Below, piece after piece: positions 45,527 to 59,839 of a DNA stretch of 64,000 nt. Source of the stretch: the human T2T-CHM13v2.0 reference genome, Homo sapiens. Numbering within the stretch: position 1 is the stretch's first letter; each line of letters begins with the position of its first letter. The DNA is taken from NCBI RefSeq assembly GCF_009914755.1, contig NC_060933.1; one strand, written 5' to 3'. The position numbers and the translations under genes are program-made. The notes beneath the pieces are model-generated. The model saw only the letters and a list, made by a program, of their open reading frames with translations, did not search any database and was not told where the DNA came from.

Positions 45527-48160
45527 TCCCAACTCTTAATCCCCCTAGCCTCAGGTCTCTAGGCCTTTGCTCCCCCGTCTAGCCCCTCTGTCTAGCATGT
45601 GCTTTAGCCTTGGTGGTCCTGCCTATGCCTGAAGGCTAAGCTCAAATCCTACCACCCTTAGGAAGCTGTCTTCCAGATCCCCTCATCCCAGGGATTTCAC
45701 TGTTCCCTGATACTTGGTACCTCTCATGGAGAAGTCATTACTGTCAGCCTTGAAGGATTTTGTGTGCGGTCACTTGTGTATGTGGCCACAGCTCATAGAA
45801 AGCCCTTGGGAGGGCCGGCACAATGTCCTTCATCTTTCTACCCCACAACCCTTTTCACAGAGCCTAGCCCTAATGCAAGCTTGATAATGGTCTGTATCGG
45901 ATTGACAAAAGCCTGTGATTTTCCCGATATCTGAAATGATTTGAGTCAAGCCAGAAACATGAGGCTGATGCTTAGGGGTTGCATATGGTTGTCAGCTGAA
46001 CTCACTCGTGGCATTCTGATCCCTCAAGATGTAGCTCCTTCATTTGATGATGGGTTGATGCAACCTCTAAGATGAGTCTGAGTTTTGAATTTAGCTTTTC
46101 AGTGTGCCTATTTTAAAGGAATATACTGTGTAAAATTTGAACCTTGAAGCTTTTGACAATCATTCTTTATATTATAAAAGCGTTCCTTACTGTAAAAAAG
46201 ATCAGTATAGAAAGCTTTCAAACACCAAATATACCTATGCACTTAACACCAATCAATGTATAAAATTTTGGTTTATCCACAGCTATTGTAGTTGTACTTT
46301 TACTGTATCCTGAGATATACACTAAACTTAATATATGTTCATGGAAGCAGTACTAACAGTGGATTAAATTTGTTTTGGTAATTACAGATTACATTATACA
46401 GGTTTGCAAATCTGAGACTTTTTTTTTTTCAGTTAACTATCTGCCTGAAGGACAGTGGGAAGCCGGACTAGGTGCTTGGCAGATTGATATGAGGGCAGAA
46501 GCCATTATTTTCATTAAGTGACACAGTGTTTTCAGGAACTCATCTGATGTTTAGAGACCTTTTTGCCAGCAGTTAGAAGTGGTTTGGGCCACCAATCCTT
46601 TCCCAAGCTGGCTGCTAAATGGTATGTGGCCTTAATATTAGTTGTTTTGGTGAAAAAGAAAAAAAAAACACTAATTACAAGTTGGAAAAGATAAGATGGT
46701 AAATTTAAAAGTTCTTTTGACCTCTTTCAAGGAATGATCTGAGAACCTCAGCTGCTTCAGTAAAAGGGTGATATGGCAAAATTTCAAAATCCTGAATGGA
46801 AAGAGCTTCAGAGGAATTCATCTGGATGCAACAGTGCATCATTCTCTGAGATTTTTGACTTAAGAGAAGACAGATGTGCAGGCAGCTGAGAAATGCTGTG
46901 CTTCCTGTTCTTTGAGTATCTAGAATATAGGGTGTAGGCTACAGCTTGTATTAAAACCAACGATAACAATCCCACCTCCCCTGCCAGTTGAAACCCCTGT
47001 CTGATGCTGACTTGTAACTATTCACATGTGAAGCTTCTGAGTTACTGCTTTGTTGTTTTCTTTGCTCCAATGTAGAATTCAGAAGGATGCAAAAGGAAAA
47101 ACAATTATTAAAGACGAGGATGGCATTTATTCGTTCTTATAAAAATAATTTATTTAGTAGCTGCAGTCTCTGTTCTCTCTGGCTTTCCCTGGAAAAAGAC
47201 ACCACTCCAGACTGTCCAGGGCTCCCCTGGTACCTGTGAATGTGCTGTTAGTTCCTGGTCTGGTTAGAAGATGATGTCTCTGTGGAGATACATACTTGGC
47301 CTCTTTCTTTCTCCCTGGGGTGAGGGACATTTTATGTATAGGAGATGGAAGAATAGACGGTCTCTTTCTCAAGCTCATTCCTGGTTATTTTCAGTACTTA
47401 GCTCTTTGCAAAAACTGCGTAATAAGTGTCTTAGTGAGAGTGTGCCTTGTTTATGTGCTGAAAACCTAGATTCACACATATGTTTCCAGATATTTTAGCT
47501 ACCAGCATAGACCCTCAAACAAGACTGCCAGCTCCGGAGATGATCAAGTACAGCCTTTGTGTGGTGCAGGAATTCCCCTAGCATACCCAGCCTCCCTCTG
47601 CTTGGACCTACCAACCCCCACCACCTTCCTATTCCATCCTCAGTTGGCTCTGGTTATTACAAAGTTCTTCATTATTCCAAGCCAAAAATCTTCCTCTCGG
47701 CAATGGTTGCCCCATTGGCCCGATCCTGTCCTTTGAAGCCCCACACACAAAAAATCCATTTCTTCTTCCCTATGACAGCTAGTTAGGCCACTTGGACCTT
47801 CAAAGACAGGGATCAGGCCCCCACATCTTCACTTCTTTAGGCAGAATGCCCACTTTATCTGGCCCCCTGAAAAGCTAAGAATGGGACACCGCTGTGCAGG
47901 TGGGGGTCTGATCAGCCCAGACAGGAGCAAGCCCACTGCAGCCTCACTTCGGAATCTATATTTGCGTTAGCACAGCCTGAGGCCAGTTAGGTCCCGGTGG
48001 GTCCCCCTTCTGAGCTGTGCACTGGGCCACTACGGAACTGCATGCACTTTGGCGTCAGAGAGACCCGAGTGTCCTGGCCCAGTGGTTGACGTGGGGTCGG
48101 GTGAGTTAGCCCCCTCTCTGGGACTCAGATCCCTCATCTGTCTGACTACTTCTTAGGTGC

Positions 48161-48930
48161 TGTATTTTTTCCTGTAAATGCTGTAACAAATCACCTCAAT
48201 CTTGGCTTAAAACAGCAGAACTGTGTCCTTGAACAGTTCTGGAGGCCAGAAGTACAAAATCGAGATGTTGGTAGTGCTGCTGTCCCACTGGAGTCTCTAA
48301 GGGGAATCCTTCCTTTGTCACTTCCAGCTTCTGGTGCCCACTGGCATTTCTTGACTTGTGGCTGCATCACTCCAGTGTCTGCCTCCCTGGTCACGTTGCC
48401 TCCTTCTGTCTGTTTCAAATCTTTGTTTCACTCTTATAAGGACACTTGTCCTGAGATTTAGGGTCCATCTGGATAATCCAAGGATAAGCACGTCATCTAA
48501 AGATCATTAATTTAATTATAGGTGTAAAAATCCTTTTTCCAAATAAGATCACATTTACAGGTTCCTGGGATTGGGACTTGGAATTATTTATTTATTTATT
48601 TATTTTTGAGACTGGGTTTGGCTCTGTCACCCAGGCTGGAGTGCAGTGGCATGATCAAGCTCACTGCAGTGCTGATCTCCTGGGCTCAAGTGATCCTCCC
48701 ACCTCAGCCTTCTAAATTGCTGGGACTATAGGCGCACACCAACTGGCTAATTTTTAAATTTTATTTTTAGTAGAGATGAGGCCTTGCTATGTTGCTCAGA
48801 CTGATCTCAAACTCCTGAGCTTAAGCAGTCCTCCTGTCCCAGCCTCCCAAAGTGCTGGGATGACGGGTGTGAGCTACTACATCCAGCCAAGACTTGGATA
48901 TCTTTTTAGGGTGGCCGCCATTCAGCCATT
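48161..48930 (-). mobile_element. MaLR LTR (MLT1D/E-like) interrupted by AluJ (48584-48888)
   Basis: GCTGTAACAAATCACC...CAGTTCTGGAGGCCAGAAG...CTTGTGGCTGCATCACTCCAG. Alu flanked by GACTTGGA repeats. Confidence 0.85.
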
Positions 48931-51511
48931 GGCTCTCTACTTTCTCTACTTTTGCAACTCCCTTTTGTTTCTATTGTATTTGAACCCAGCTCTCCAGGGT
49001 CACTGGCCTCAGATCCTCAGGCCACATGTCTTCTGTCTCCTCCTTCCTTCAGCATCCTGGCTGCTGCTCTGAAGGGTGCCGGGGCTGTTCCTATCACTCC
49101 TGTTGTACAGATGTGGGTGGGGCCCTCAGGGATTAGGCTGCCTAGGAGAAAGCTCAGGTCTTTCTGGTGCATACCCTCATTTCCACCAGCATGCTATGGC
49201 GAGTCCAGTGGAGGTTTTGTCAGTGGGAAGGAGAAGCTGTGGCTATTAAAATATTCATTGCCGGTTCTCAGACGTAGGGAAGATCCCACAGTGAATGTGC
49301 TCTGGACAAAGAAGGGACACATAGTGGAAGACTTATGTCTTCACATTTTCCCACTAATTTAGACTGAGATTGGCTCACTGAATTTGAGGGAAATTATATT
49401 CTCAGTGCCCAAATACTCTGTAAAAAATCAGGAAATGCTCCTTGACAACCCTGTAAGGGCATAGTAGTATCATCTTCTTGCCCTACAACTAGCCTGTTTC
49501 AGAAGTTCCATGGTCCTTTAAGTGTGATCTCCAGTCTGCTGCTGGCTTCTGGGCTCTCCAAATGCAACTCCCACTAAAATGTGCTTTTCTCCACAAAGAG
49601 AGTGCGCTGCTTTGTTTGCAGTTGACTTTTCAAGCACTAAAAAAAAAAAAAAAAAAAAAAAAAACTGAGGGGCAAGCAGAAGAGCTGCGTCTGGTGAAGC
49701 TAGTAGTGGAGCTGAGAGAAAGCAGGGGGAGGGTAGTGGCCTGGGAGGTTCTGGACACTGAGCAGCTCCAGACTCTCCACTCATTGCTGCCCCCAGGATT
49801 CCTGTCCGACGGCATCCTCCTAGATGGCTGCTGCACTCATTTCAATGTGCTTTGCTAAGAAAGGCCTGTGTGGGGATAGGGGCTGGGGAGGAGAGGCGGG
49901 GAGGGAGGAGAGAGATGAATCAGACAGTCCCTGCCCCACCTGCGGCTGGAAGTAAGTCAGTGCTGGGCAGGGTGCTGTGCTTTGCAGAGACCCTTGGGAG
50001 CCTAGCAAGGGCTGGCCATGCCTTGCAGGGAGATCTAGGAGGGCTTCTGGGAGGGACTGGCATTTGAACCGAGCCCTAGTGGGTGACTAGGAGATAAAGA
50101 AGAGAAAGATGGATAGAACAGTGTATCCAAAGTTGACCTCAGGTGGCCCCCTTCCTGGTCATCATCCGATGGAGCTGCACTGGAAGAAGCTCAGGTCTTA
50201 CAGGGACCTTAAGGACCATCTAGTAAGGAAGATATTCAGACTGCACTGCTTAGAGACCTCCGCTTCTCATTTCTCTTAAAGAACAGTGATTTTAAAGTAG
50301 GTTTAAACAATGGGTTTAAAGAACAGTGATTTTCCATTTTGACAAGGCTTGTTTGGTATAGCCACTTCAAAATATCCCCACATCAAAATATGATGCTTTA
50401 TCTGGGATATCTTTTCCAGACTTCGGGAGCCTTCCCTCCTGCACTTTCATTTCTGCAAGGCAATACTCCCCAGACAGTGTGGTCATGGGGTGTTGCTGTG
50501 TAACCTTCCCCACTTGACTGTGAGCTTCCTGGGCAGGGACCGAGCCTTGCTGCTCATTTAGTACGGAGCCCAGAAGGAGGCCTGGGGGGTACAGTGTTGA
50601 CCGATGGAATGAATGAATGCATGGCTATGACTACTTCCTTAGCTGCATCTGGCTCCCAGCTGCCTTCATTGGTCTCTACAGTCATCAGTAGTATCCTGGC
50701 TAAGTCAAGAGCATATGTGGGCCTCTGTGTTTCTCCATCTTATATTCTCTCCTGGAGTTGGTTTGCTATATCAGCCAAGTTAGTAGAGACTTGGAGGGGT
50801 GGTGCCCCCTCTCTGCACTTTCAGAGGATAGGGAGGCGGTGGACCTAATGTCCAGCCCCTGGAACTGCTGCCTGTTGTTCTGTGACATGGCCAGACTGAC
50901 CTGGGAACTTGCTAATTCGGTCCAGCTGGCTCTTCTTGGTGCCTTGTAGTCTTAGTACTAGAGTCACAGAGGCAGGAGGGTGCAGGGGGAAGTACCCAGG
51001 CCTTTGACTTCATCAGGCCTGAGTTTACCAGTTGCATGATCTGAGGCCCATTGTTTACTTGCTTTCTTAATTGATTATCTGTGCATGTTAAGCTTACAGA
51101 AAAGAAGATACAGGGAGGATATAATGACCCCTGTTTTCCACCTACACATGGTAAATATTCAATAAATGTTAATATTCTTTTTATGTTATCTGAAGGGCTG
51201 TCATGGAGAAGAGAGATAAGACTGGTTCTGTGTGTTAGAGGCTATCCAGAACAAAGTTTAGCTTTGCCTCAAGTTCTCATCCTTTCCAAATTTCATAAAG
51301 CCCCCCAGTGTCCTAATTCCTCAAGCTTACGGCATTCCTGACAAGTTTGTTTCTTATTCTCTTCCACCTGCAAACTACCACCACCTCGCTGTGTGAATTT
51401 GAAGGTTGCTTCCCCTTGTCTGGGCCTCAGTTTCCTATCTGTGGGCTAGGTTATATCCAAGGTCCTCTACAGCTTTGACACTACATTTAATTTCACAGCA
51501 TAGATAATCCA

Positions 51512-52113
51512 TGTCTTAGACTGTTTTGTGTTGCTCTAACAGCTTGTTTGGAGGTTCCAGCAGGGGAGCACAGCTACTCGTATACACTTGACCAAAGACC
51601 AGTCCTCCTCTGTCGGGGATGGCTGTCCTCTTTGACCAAGAATGCAGCTTCGGGAGGGATGCACATGGAGTGGTGAGGGAGGAAGGGGACACCTGCCTAG
51701 CCAGCCAGATCAGCTGAATCAAACCTGGTGACCAGTGGGGTGACAGATGTCACAGCCAGATTGCCCTCACATCCATGTTGCTATAACAGAATACCACAGA
51801 CTGGGTATTTATAATAAATAAAGATTTATTGGTTGTGGCTCTGGAGGCAGGGAAGTCCAAATCAAGAGGCCGGTATCTTTCATGAGCCTTCTTGCTGTGT
51901 CATCCCATGACAGAAGGGCAAAGAGAGGGCAAGAGGAGTGAACCCAATCGCACAATAATAAACCCACTCCTGCAATAACAGCATTAGTCTGTTCATGAGG
52001 GTGGTGCTCCCATGTTCCAAACATCCCCTATTAGGCCCCACCGCCCATCACTGCCATATTGGGGATCACAGTTTTAGCACGTGAACTTTGGGGGGTACAT
52101 TCAAACCATGGCC
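51512..52113 (-). mobile_element. MaLR solo LTR (MST/MLT1A group) hosting the 7SK copy
   Basis: TGTCTTAG...TGTTGCTATAACAGAATACCACAGACTGGGTA...CATTCAAACCATGG. Flanks ATCCA/ATTCA. Confidence 0.88.
51541..51774 (-). pseudogene. 7SK snRNA retropseudogene (RN7SKP family), nt ~1-234, 3'-truncated, no poly(A)
   Basis: Reverse complement begins GGATGTGAGGGCAATCTGGCTGTGACATCTGTCACCCC and ends GAACCTCCAAACAAGCT, matching 7SK. TSD TGTTGCT(C/A)TAACAG at 51529-51542 and 51776-51789. Confidence 0.95.
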
Positions 52114-53399
52114 ATTCATTATTTGGAAAGTGATGTTCTAGGCCCCAGAGCAAATACAGATGGAGTTACAGTCCTTGGCCTTACAGAGGTCACAGCCTAG
52201 TGTGGGGACAAATAAGAAGTCAGCATCATGAATGCTGTGGTAGGGAATACAGGGCTGAGGGATCGGAACCAGAACAGGGAGAGACTAGCCACTTGATCAA
52301 TGTATGGGCCCACTGCCCTCAGGGAGGAGCTATCTAGAAATGTTTGTTACTACATAAAAATATGAATGATGGAGACCAGGTCTTCCCAGGTGGCACTAGG
52401 ATTTTTTGCTTTGAATTGGAATTATCAGTATGGAAAATCCCAGCAGAGATGACCTATGTGAGGGACCTTCTTTCCTCTCTTATTCTCCTGCCTTCTTGGA
52501 AAGAAAAAAAAAATATCCAAGTCTTCAGAATAGATTGACCTTTATGTACAGAAGCTCTTGGGACATGCAGCTCAGTTTAACAAGTACTGTTTGTGTGCCT
52601 GAGAAATGTCTGGGAAGATGCAGAATTACATGCGTAAAGAGAATTAATCTATCTTTTGCCATGATTGTGTTCAGAAGCTCATTTTCAAAGACAGTTTCAA
52701 TTTTCCTAGCTGTCTGGGTGACAGTTAGATGCGTACAACCTGTGCACACTCATCCCTCTCTTGTATTTAGTCTGCCCAATTTAATTTGTTTAGATACCGT
52801 AGGCTTTTATTGATTGCCCATTAGAAGTTTAGCCTAGTGTTGACAGCCTAGGGGTATAAGAGACATCATTAGCCAGAAATTTCTTTTGTAGCTGGACTAG
52901 TAAGTCTTATACCCAAGAGTCAGTGAACAGAATGATCTGTTCACTGGGGATTGCTGAGTAAATTGGTGTGAGTGCCAGGATTTCTGCCCCAGGCTGAGAG
53001 ATCTGGATAGATGGATGCTGAAGATGGTTCTTCAGGAAGTCTTTTGGAGGAGTCTGCATTGGAGATGGGCCAGGTGGGGATTGCATGCCAGAGTGGAGAT
53101 GCAGGGGGAGGGGGCTGATCAGCAGGTGAACTCAGCATGGGAATTAGGCTTGAGCTAACTTTTCAGTCTCATCCTCCAGCCTGTTGTTCTCATGCCTTAA
53201 TAATGAAAACATTTCTTCAATGCACAAGGCTCTAGCAGGCCTCTGGATTTTTGTTCATGCTATTTCCTTTGCTTACCCTCTCCACTGCCCCACTCCATCT
53301 ACCAGTAAAACTCCTAGTTATCTTTCAATTCTAGTGTTCTTCTGCTGTTCTAACCTCGTGACTTTGCCTCTCCTGGTTTCTCGTAGTGTTTTGTCTATA

Positions 53400-53743
53400 T
53401 AGTCATCCTTCAGTATCCCATAGGGGATTGGTTCCAGGACCCCACTGCAGATAAGAAAATCCATGGATGCTCAAGTCCTTTATATAAAATGGTGTAATGT
53501 TTGCATATAACCTATGCATATCCTCTTGTATACTTCAAATTATCTCCAGGTTACTTATAATACCTAATAGAGTGTAAATGCTATGTAAATAGTTGTTATA
53601 CTGTATTGTTTAGGGAATAATGACAAGAAAAAGTCTGTACATGTTCAGTATAGACACAACCATGCATCTTTTCCCCGAATATTTTCAGTTCAAGTTTGGT
53701 TGAATCCACGGATGCAGAAGCCCCAGATATGAAGGGCTGACTC
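53400..53743. mobile_element. MER2 (TcMar-Tigger MITE)
   Basis: AGTCATCCTTCAGTATCC...GATATGAAGGGCTGACT terminal inverted repeats, TA flanks, GGGGATTGGTTCCAGGACCCC. Confidence 0.9.
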
Positions 53744-54003
53744 TACTTCTGTTTCAGTATGGTACCTGGAGCATGACAGACGCCCAAGAGCTATCACCTG
53801 AATAAATGAATAACTGAATAAATGACTGATTATTAGGTTCTGTGTCTGACTCACCTGCTGGAACTGTGAAATGTTTCCTGAGAGAGGAGTGGAGGGCACC
53901 GAGATGAAAATGTGGGTGACAGATTCAGAGCAGGGAGACCACTGGGCTGCCCTTGGTGGTGGGGTGGGGGAGATGCCCTTTGGAGGGGATGTAGGGCATC
54001 GAC

Positions 54004-54352
54004 ATTTATGTATGTATGTATGTATGTATTTATTTATTTATTTATTTTTACTTTAAGTTCCGGGATACATGTGGAGAATGTGCGAGTTTGTTACATAGGT
54101 ATACGTGTGCCTAGTGGTTTGCTGTACCTATCAACCCATCACCTAGGTTTTAAGCCCCACATGCATTAGCTATTTGTCCTGATGCTCTCCCTCCCCTTAC
54201 CCCACCCCCGACAGGCCCCAGTGTGTGTTGTTCCCCTCCCCGTGTCCATGTGTTCTCATTGTTCAACTCCCACTTATGAGTGAGAACATGCGGTGTTTGG
54301 TTTTCTGTTCCTGTGTTAGTTTGCTGAGGATGATGGTTTCCAGCTTCATCCG
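54004..54352 (-). mobile_element. 5'-truncated L1PA (PA7/8-like) 3' end with (TATG)n(TATT)n tail
   Basis: TTTAAGTTCCGGGATACATGTG...CCCACTTATGAGTGAGAACATGCGGTGTTTGG. Degenerate TSD AGG(G/A)CATC(G/A)AC at 53993-54003 and 54353-54363. Confidence 0.9.
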
Positions 54353-56713
54353 AGGACATCAACTTTTTGATGAATAGAAGCACACAGTAAAGATATTCTC
54401 TAAGATATGCTATAGACACTAAACATTCGGGGAAAAACCTGACTCTGGAATAATCAAAGAACTACAAATAAAATCAGCAATAAAAGCAAAGAAAAGAACT
54501 GCAAACAGAAGCCCCCTTATAAATCTAATAAATTAGGGGTGACTGAGTAATTGGGGGAAGTAGTTTTCCTACTGACCAAGGGAGCATAATTGGGATAGCT
54601 TTTGTGGGGGGCAATTTGGCTATATCAAAAGCATTAAAAACTTGTATAGTCTTTCACCCAGCAGTGCCATTCCTAGGAATTTATCCTAAGAGAATAATTA
54701 CAGATGTATTTTCAGAGATGTTTATCTCAACATATTTGTAATACAGACATCGAAAATAAACCAAATATCCAGCAATAGGGACTTAGCTTTAAAAATGGCA
54801 CTCTTATCTATAGCAAATAAACAATAATGTTGTAGAATAATAAAGACACAGGGAAATGTTTACAGTGTATATTTTTCAGTTTAGAAACCAGCATATATGG
54901 TAAGTTCCCAATTATGTTGAAAATGTGTCTTTTCACACAAAAAGACTGGAAGAGTAATTAGCAACTTATAGCTTTTAGTGGACAATTTTTATTATCTTCT
55001 CTCCAAAAAAGAAAACTTTCAAAATTTTCTACCAGCCACATGTATTACTTTTATAAGAGGGAGGAAATAAGTGACAATTAAGAAAAAGAGATAAGCTTTT
55101 GGAGAGCGTTGTTTGAGCGTCACTAGGTGGAAAACTAAATGAGCACATCATTTATCTTGCAAATTCCAGACAGGTGGTGTTTTCAGAAGGAAGAGTGGTC
55201 TTAGGTCCATTTGTGTGAGTATATTTATAGAAGTGAAAGCTTTGGGGGAAGGAAATAGATTGATTTTTTTTCCCCTTGAACTTCTGAAATTATTTTTTCC
55301 ACTCCATTTGTAATTGAGCCCAGGGAGCTATTCTTATTTCTTCCTTTCTTGGGCACTGCGTTAGACCTAAAAATGTTAACTGGCTTAGGATGTGGGTTTT
55401 GCTAAAATGATTCCCCTTGAAGTCTTCACTGGGCTTTCTCATGCTTAAAAGTGGGGTCCCGCAGAAGATCACTTTCTACCTAATGCACTTTGCTCCTGAA
55501 GTCTTTGGCAACGTTGGGGTGGTCAGAAACCACTCCTGCCTTATGGTTCTGGACCCCAGCAGCCACATGTGAGGGCTCAGCAGTATGCACCTGTGTTGGC
55601 ACTGTCTGTTGGAGAGGTTTATTTAGGGGTCAATCTGGCATCACCTTATCCTGTGGACGTAACATTAGTCTGCAGAAAAAGAGATCAGAGTTGGGTAGAA
55701 TCTCTTTGAATATTAAAGATAGTGATGCCTTTTGCCATACATCTCCAAAGAGCTCTGAGCATTTCAGACATTACCTCATCGTTAATTTTCACAGTGTTCT
55801 TGGGTGAGAAGCTGATGGCAAGTATTCCCTGGTCTCCGTGTGGGGCAGAACATAGCAAATTTTAGGTAGGTAGTAGGAGTTCTCCTGACTAGATATCAAT
55901 TGGTAAAAGAAAATGGGGGCATTTTTTGGGTGTCTTCTTCACAGTTGTTCTGCGTTACTCAGAAATTAAATTGCCTTCCTGCATTTTGCCCCACTAACAC
56001 TTATTGAGTGTCTACTGTGAGCAAGGCACAATGCTGAGTACTGTGGCTAGGAGTGAAATGTAAATGTCCTTAGTCCCACACTTAAGGCCTTTGGTGATCT
56101 GGCTTCTTCCACCTGCCACTCCTACCCCGATACCTCCACTTTATTTCACATACCTTTTATGCCTCATCGTCTTCATGCTAAGCTGAACCTTTGGTCTTCA
56201 GGGTAGCCCAGTGCCATCTCCCTTCTGTGCACTTTATGCCCTTCCCCTGGTGTGCCCCCGTTGCCTTTCTCCCTACCCCTGCAGGTCTTATCCTGTCCTT
56301 CACGCTCTGCTCACCTCCTGCACAAAGCCTTCCCTGATAGCTCACTCTACTTTATCCACAGCTGGATGGGATCTCCCACCACCAAACTCCCAGGTGTTCT
56401 ACTAGCCTCTCTGCACTGGTCCTTACTCTTTTTTACTTTGTATTTCAGTGATTTATGTGCACTCCTTGATGACTTTTCAAGCTTCTTGACTGAAGAGATG
56501 TGCAAGTACTCAATGCATAAAGGAATGAAACGGGCATAATTTCAGGCTAGCAGTCACCAGTTTGTGCCTAGCTTTCTGAGGTACAGAGTCACTGATAGAA
56601 CCCTACTTGGCCTCGCCTCTCCTTTGATCCTTCCTCACTGAGGCCCTTTGCTGCCTCCCAGTCGGTTCCGTCCTCGCCTTGCATCAGTGCCCATACCATC
56701 TTTCAGTTCATAG

Positions 56714-57460
<747 letters not shown>

Positions 57461-59039
57461 TCAACCTCTGTAATGCAAACCACCCACACTTCATGGGATC
57501 CTAAAATTGCAAAGGGCTTTATCCAGAGTATTCTTTGTCCATGAGCCGGCATGAGGGCTGAGATCATCTCCTGCTCTACCTGTGGCAGGCTGTGTGAGGC
57601 TGGGCAAGTTATTTAATCTTCCTGTGGCGTCATTTCCCCATCTGTTAAGGGGGGATAATGTGCTTAGGGGTGACCTACCTCCCTGGGATGCTGTGAGGCT
57701 TAGTGAGCTAATGCCATTGCTATTAACTTTAACTGAACACAACTGGGCAGAACTAGCAGGAGACCAAGTATTATGTGGCACAGAATAAACTCTACAACTA
57801 TAAAATGGATGCATCATGAGACCTTGGGTGTCATCTTCTGTGTTGCCCTTGGCACAGAGGAAGCCAGTTTGCCAATCAAGGACCTCTAGGGTTTCCTCTC
57901 TCGACTGGCTCAAGTGGTTGAGGTCTTGAGGATGAGAATGCCATCTGCAGGACTCCTGTGCCTGTCGTGCTGAAAGGAGAGAAGCCAGACATGTTGACAG
58001 GCATAGCTGCAGCTGCCCAGTATCCGCAGATGAGGAGGGTCATGCTCCTGTGAGGAGGGGGCCCGTGCCACAGAGATACCACCCAACTTTGCCCACATGG
58101 CCTGGCAGTCGGTTTTACTTGGGCTTATCGATGAGCTATGGGAAGGTCATTTGATATTCACATTCTTGTGGCCGCAATGTTGGGAATGTGGCCTTTTATC
58201 TTTAAAAATAGCTGTGTGCTGGGAGGCCCGGGAGCAGTGTCCTGGGATGGAGGGGAGCTGCCAGCAGGGGGAAGAGGTGTGGATTTCTTTCCGAGGAAGA
58301 GTCCCTTCAGCTCTGTGCCACTGGTGAGTTGGTGTTTGCTCATTCTGTAACGTGTGCTGCTTTCTCTAGACTGTTCTTGGAAAGGGGGCTGTTTTGGTTC
58401 TTCTCAATTGTGATACCTTCTCCATATCTTAAAAAAAACCTGTTTCCACGGTATATTTGTTCTTGAGCACTTATCCTTTATGAAACCTGTTTGATTAAGA
58501 TTCTTTCAGTGTTCATAATCGCAATTTATTTATTATGGGTTCTTCTCAAATTTAACTGGTAATTATTTCTCACATTTGTTTTGTGTTTTCAAAAGGCAGC
58601 ATCCTTAATCATTTTATATATAAATAAGATAATCATTAAATACTTTTGGAACTAACTTGCCAACAGGTTTTCAAAATTGGGGGATCATAGGATGTGAGAC
58701 CCCAGGCTAGAGACTTTCACGTTGAATAAATCCCTGTTTCAGATGGTGCAATGATGTCCTGAGAGGATAATGAGCAATCTTTGGTTACACAGCTAACTAG
58801 TGACAGAATCAGGACTTGGATCCAGGTCCCCTAACTTCCTTGTCCATGCCTCTCTGGTCAGCTCTGTGGAATTTAGCCTCTGAATTACAAGTGAGTGAGA
58901 AGGGGAAAAAAATCACTACCTAATTTAACTTTTCCGTATGTCTTAATTAAAATGAATCTTCTAGTTTTAGAAATGCCTATGCCATATACCACAGCTGATC
59001 CCTTGACCTTGACTTGCTTGATTCCTTTGATGGTCTGCA

Positions 59040-59210
59040 TTGAGGATTCTTCAAGTATGGTCCCCACCTGTATTCTCCGAGAGCCTGTGAGAAATACGAA
59101 CTCTCAGCCCCGCCCCAGACCTAGGGAAACTCTGCGGGTGGGGCCCAGCAACCTGTGTTTTAACAAGTCCTCCAGGTGATCTGATAGGCAGTGAAGTTAC
59201 AGAACCATTG
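59040..59210 (+). mobile_element. MER5A
   Basis: GAAACTCTGCGGGTGGGGCCCAGCAACCTGTGTTTTAACAAGTCCTCCAGGTGAT. Confidence 0.85.
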
Positions 59211-59398
59211 CCTGCCATGGCTTAAGTCATCCTCTCCATGTGTTTGACACCCAGGGCAGTGACTCACTTTGTTTCTTTTTCTTTTATGGATTCTGAGTTT
59301 TCTTTACCGAAGAGAGAGTTTCTCTGTTGCTGCTGCTAGCTTTGAATAATGATTCCCTTTTTCTGCTTCTCTGCATTACTACTATACACACACACCTA

Positions 59399-59839
<441 letters not shown>

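Noticed and set aside
49639-49664. Isolated A26 tract as a possible retrocopy tail
   Set aside because: No flanking TSD or recognisable body found; treated as a simple mononucleotide repeat.
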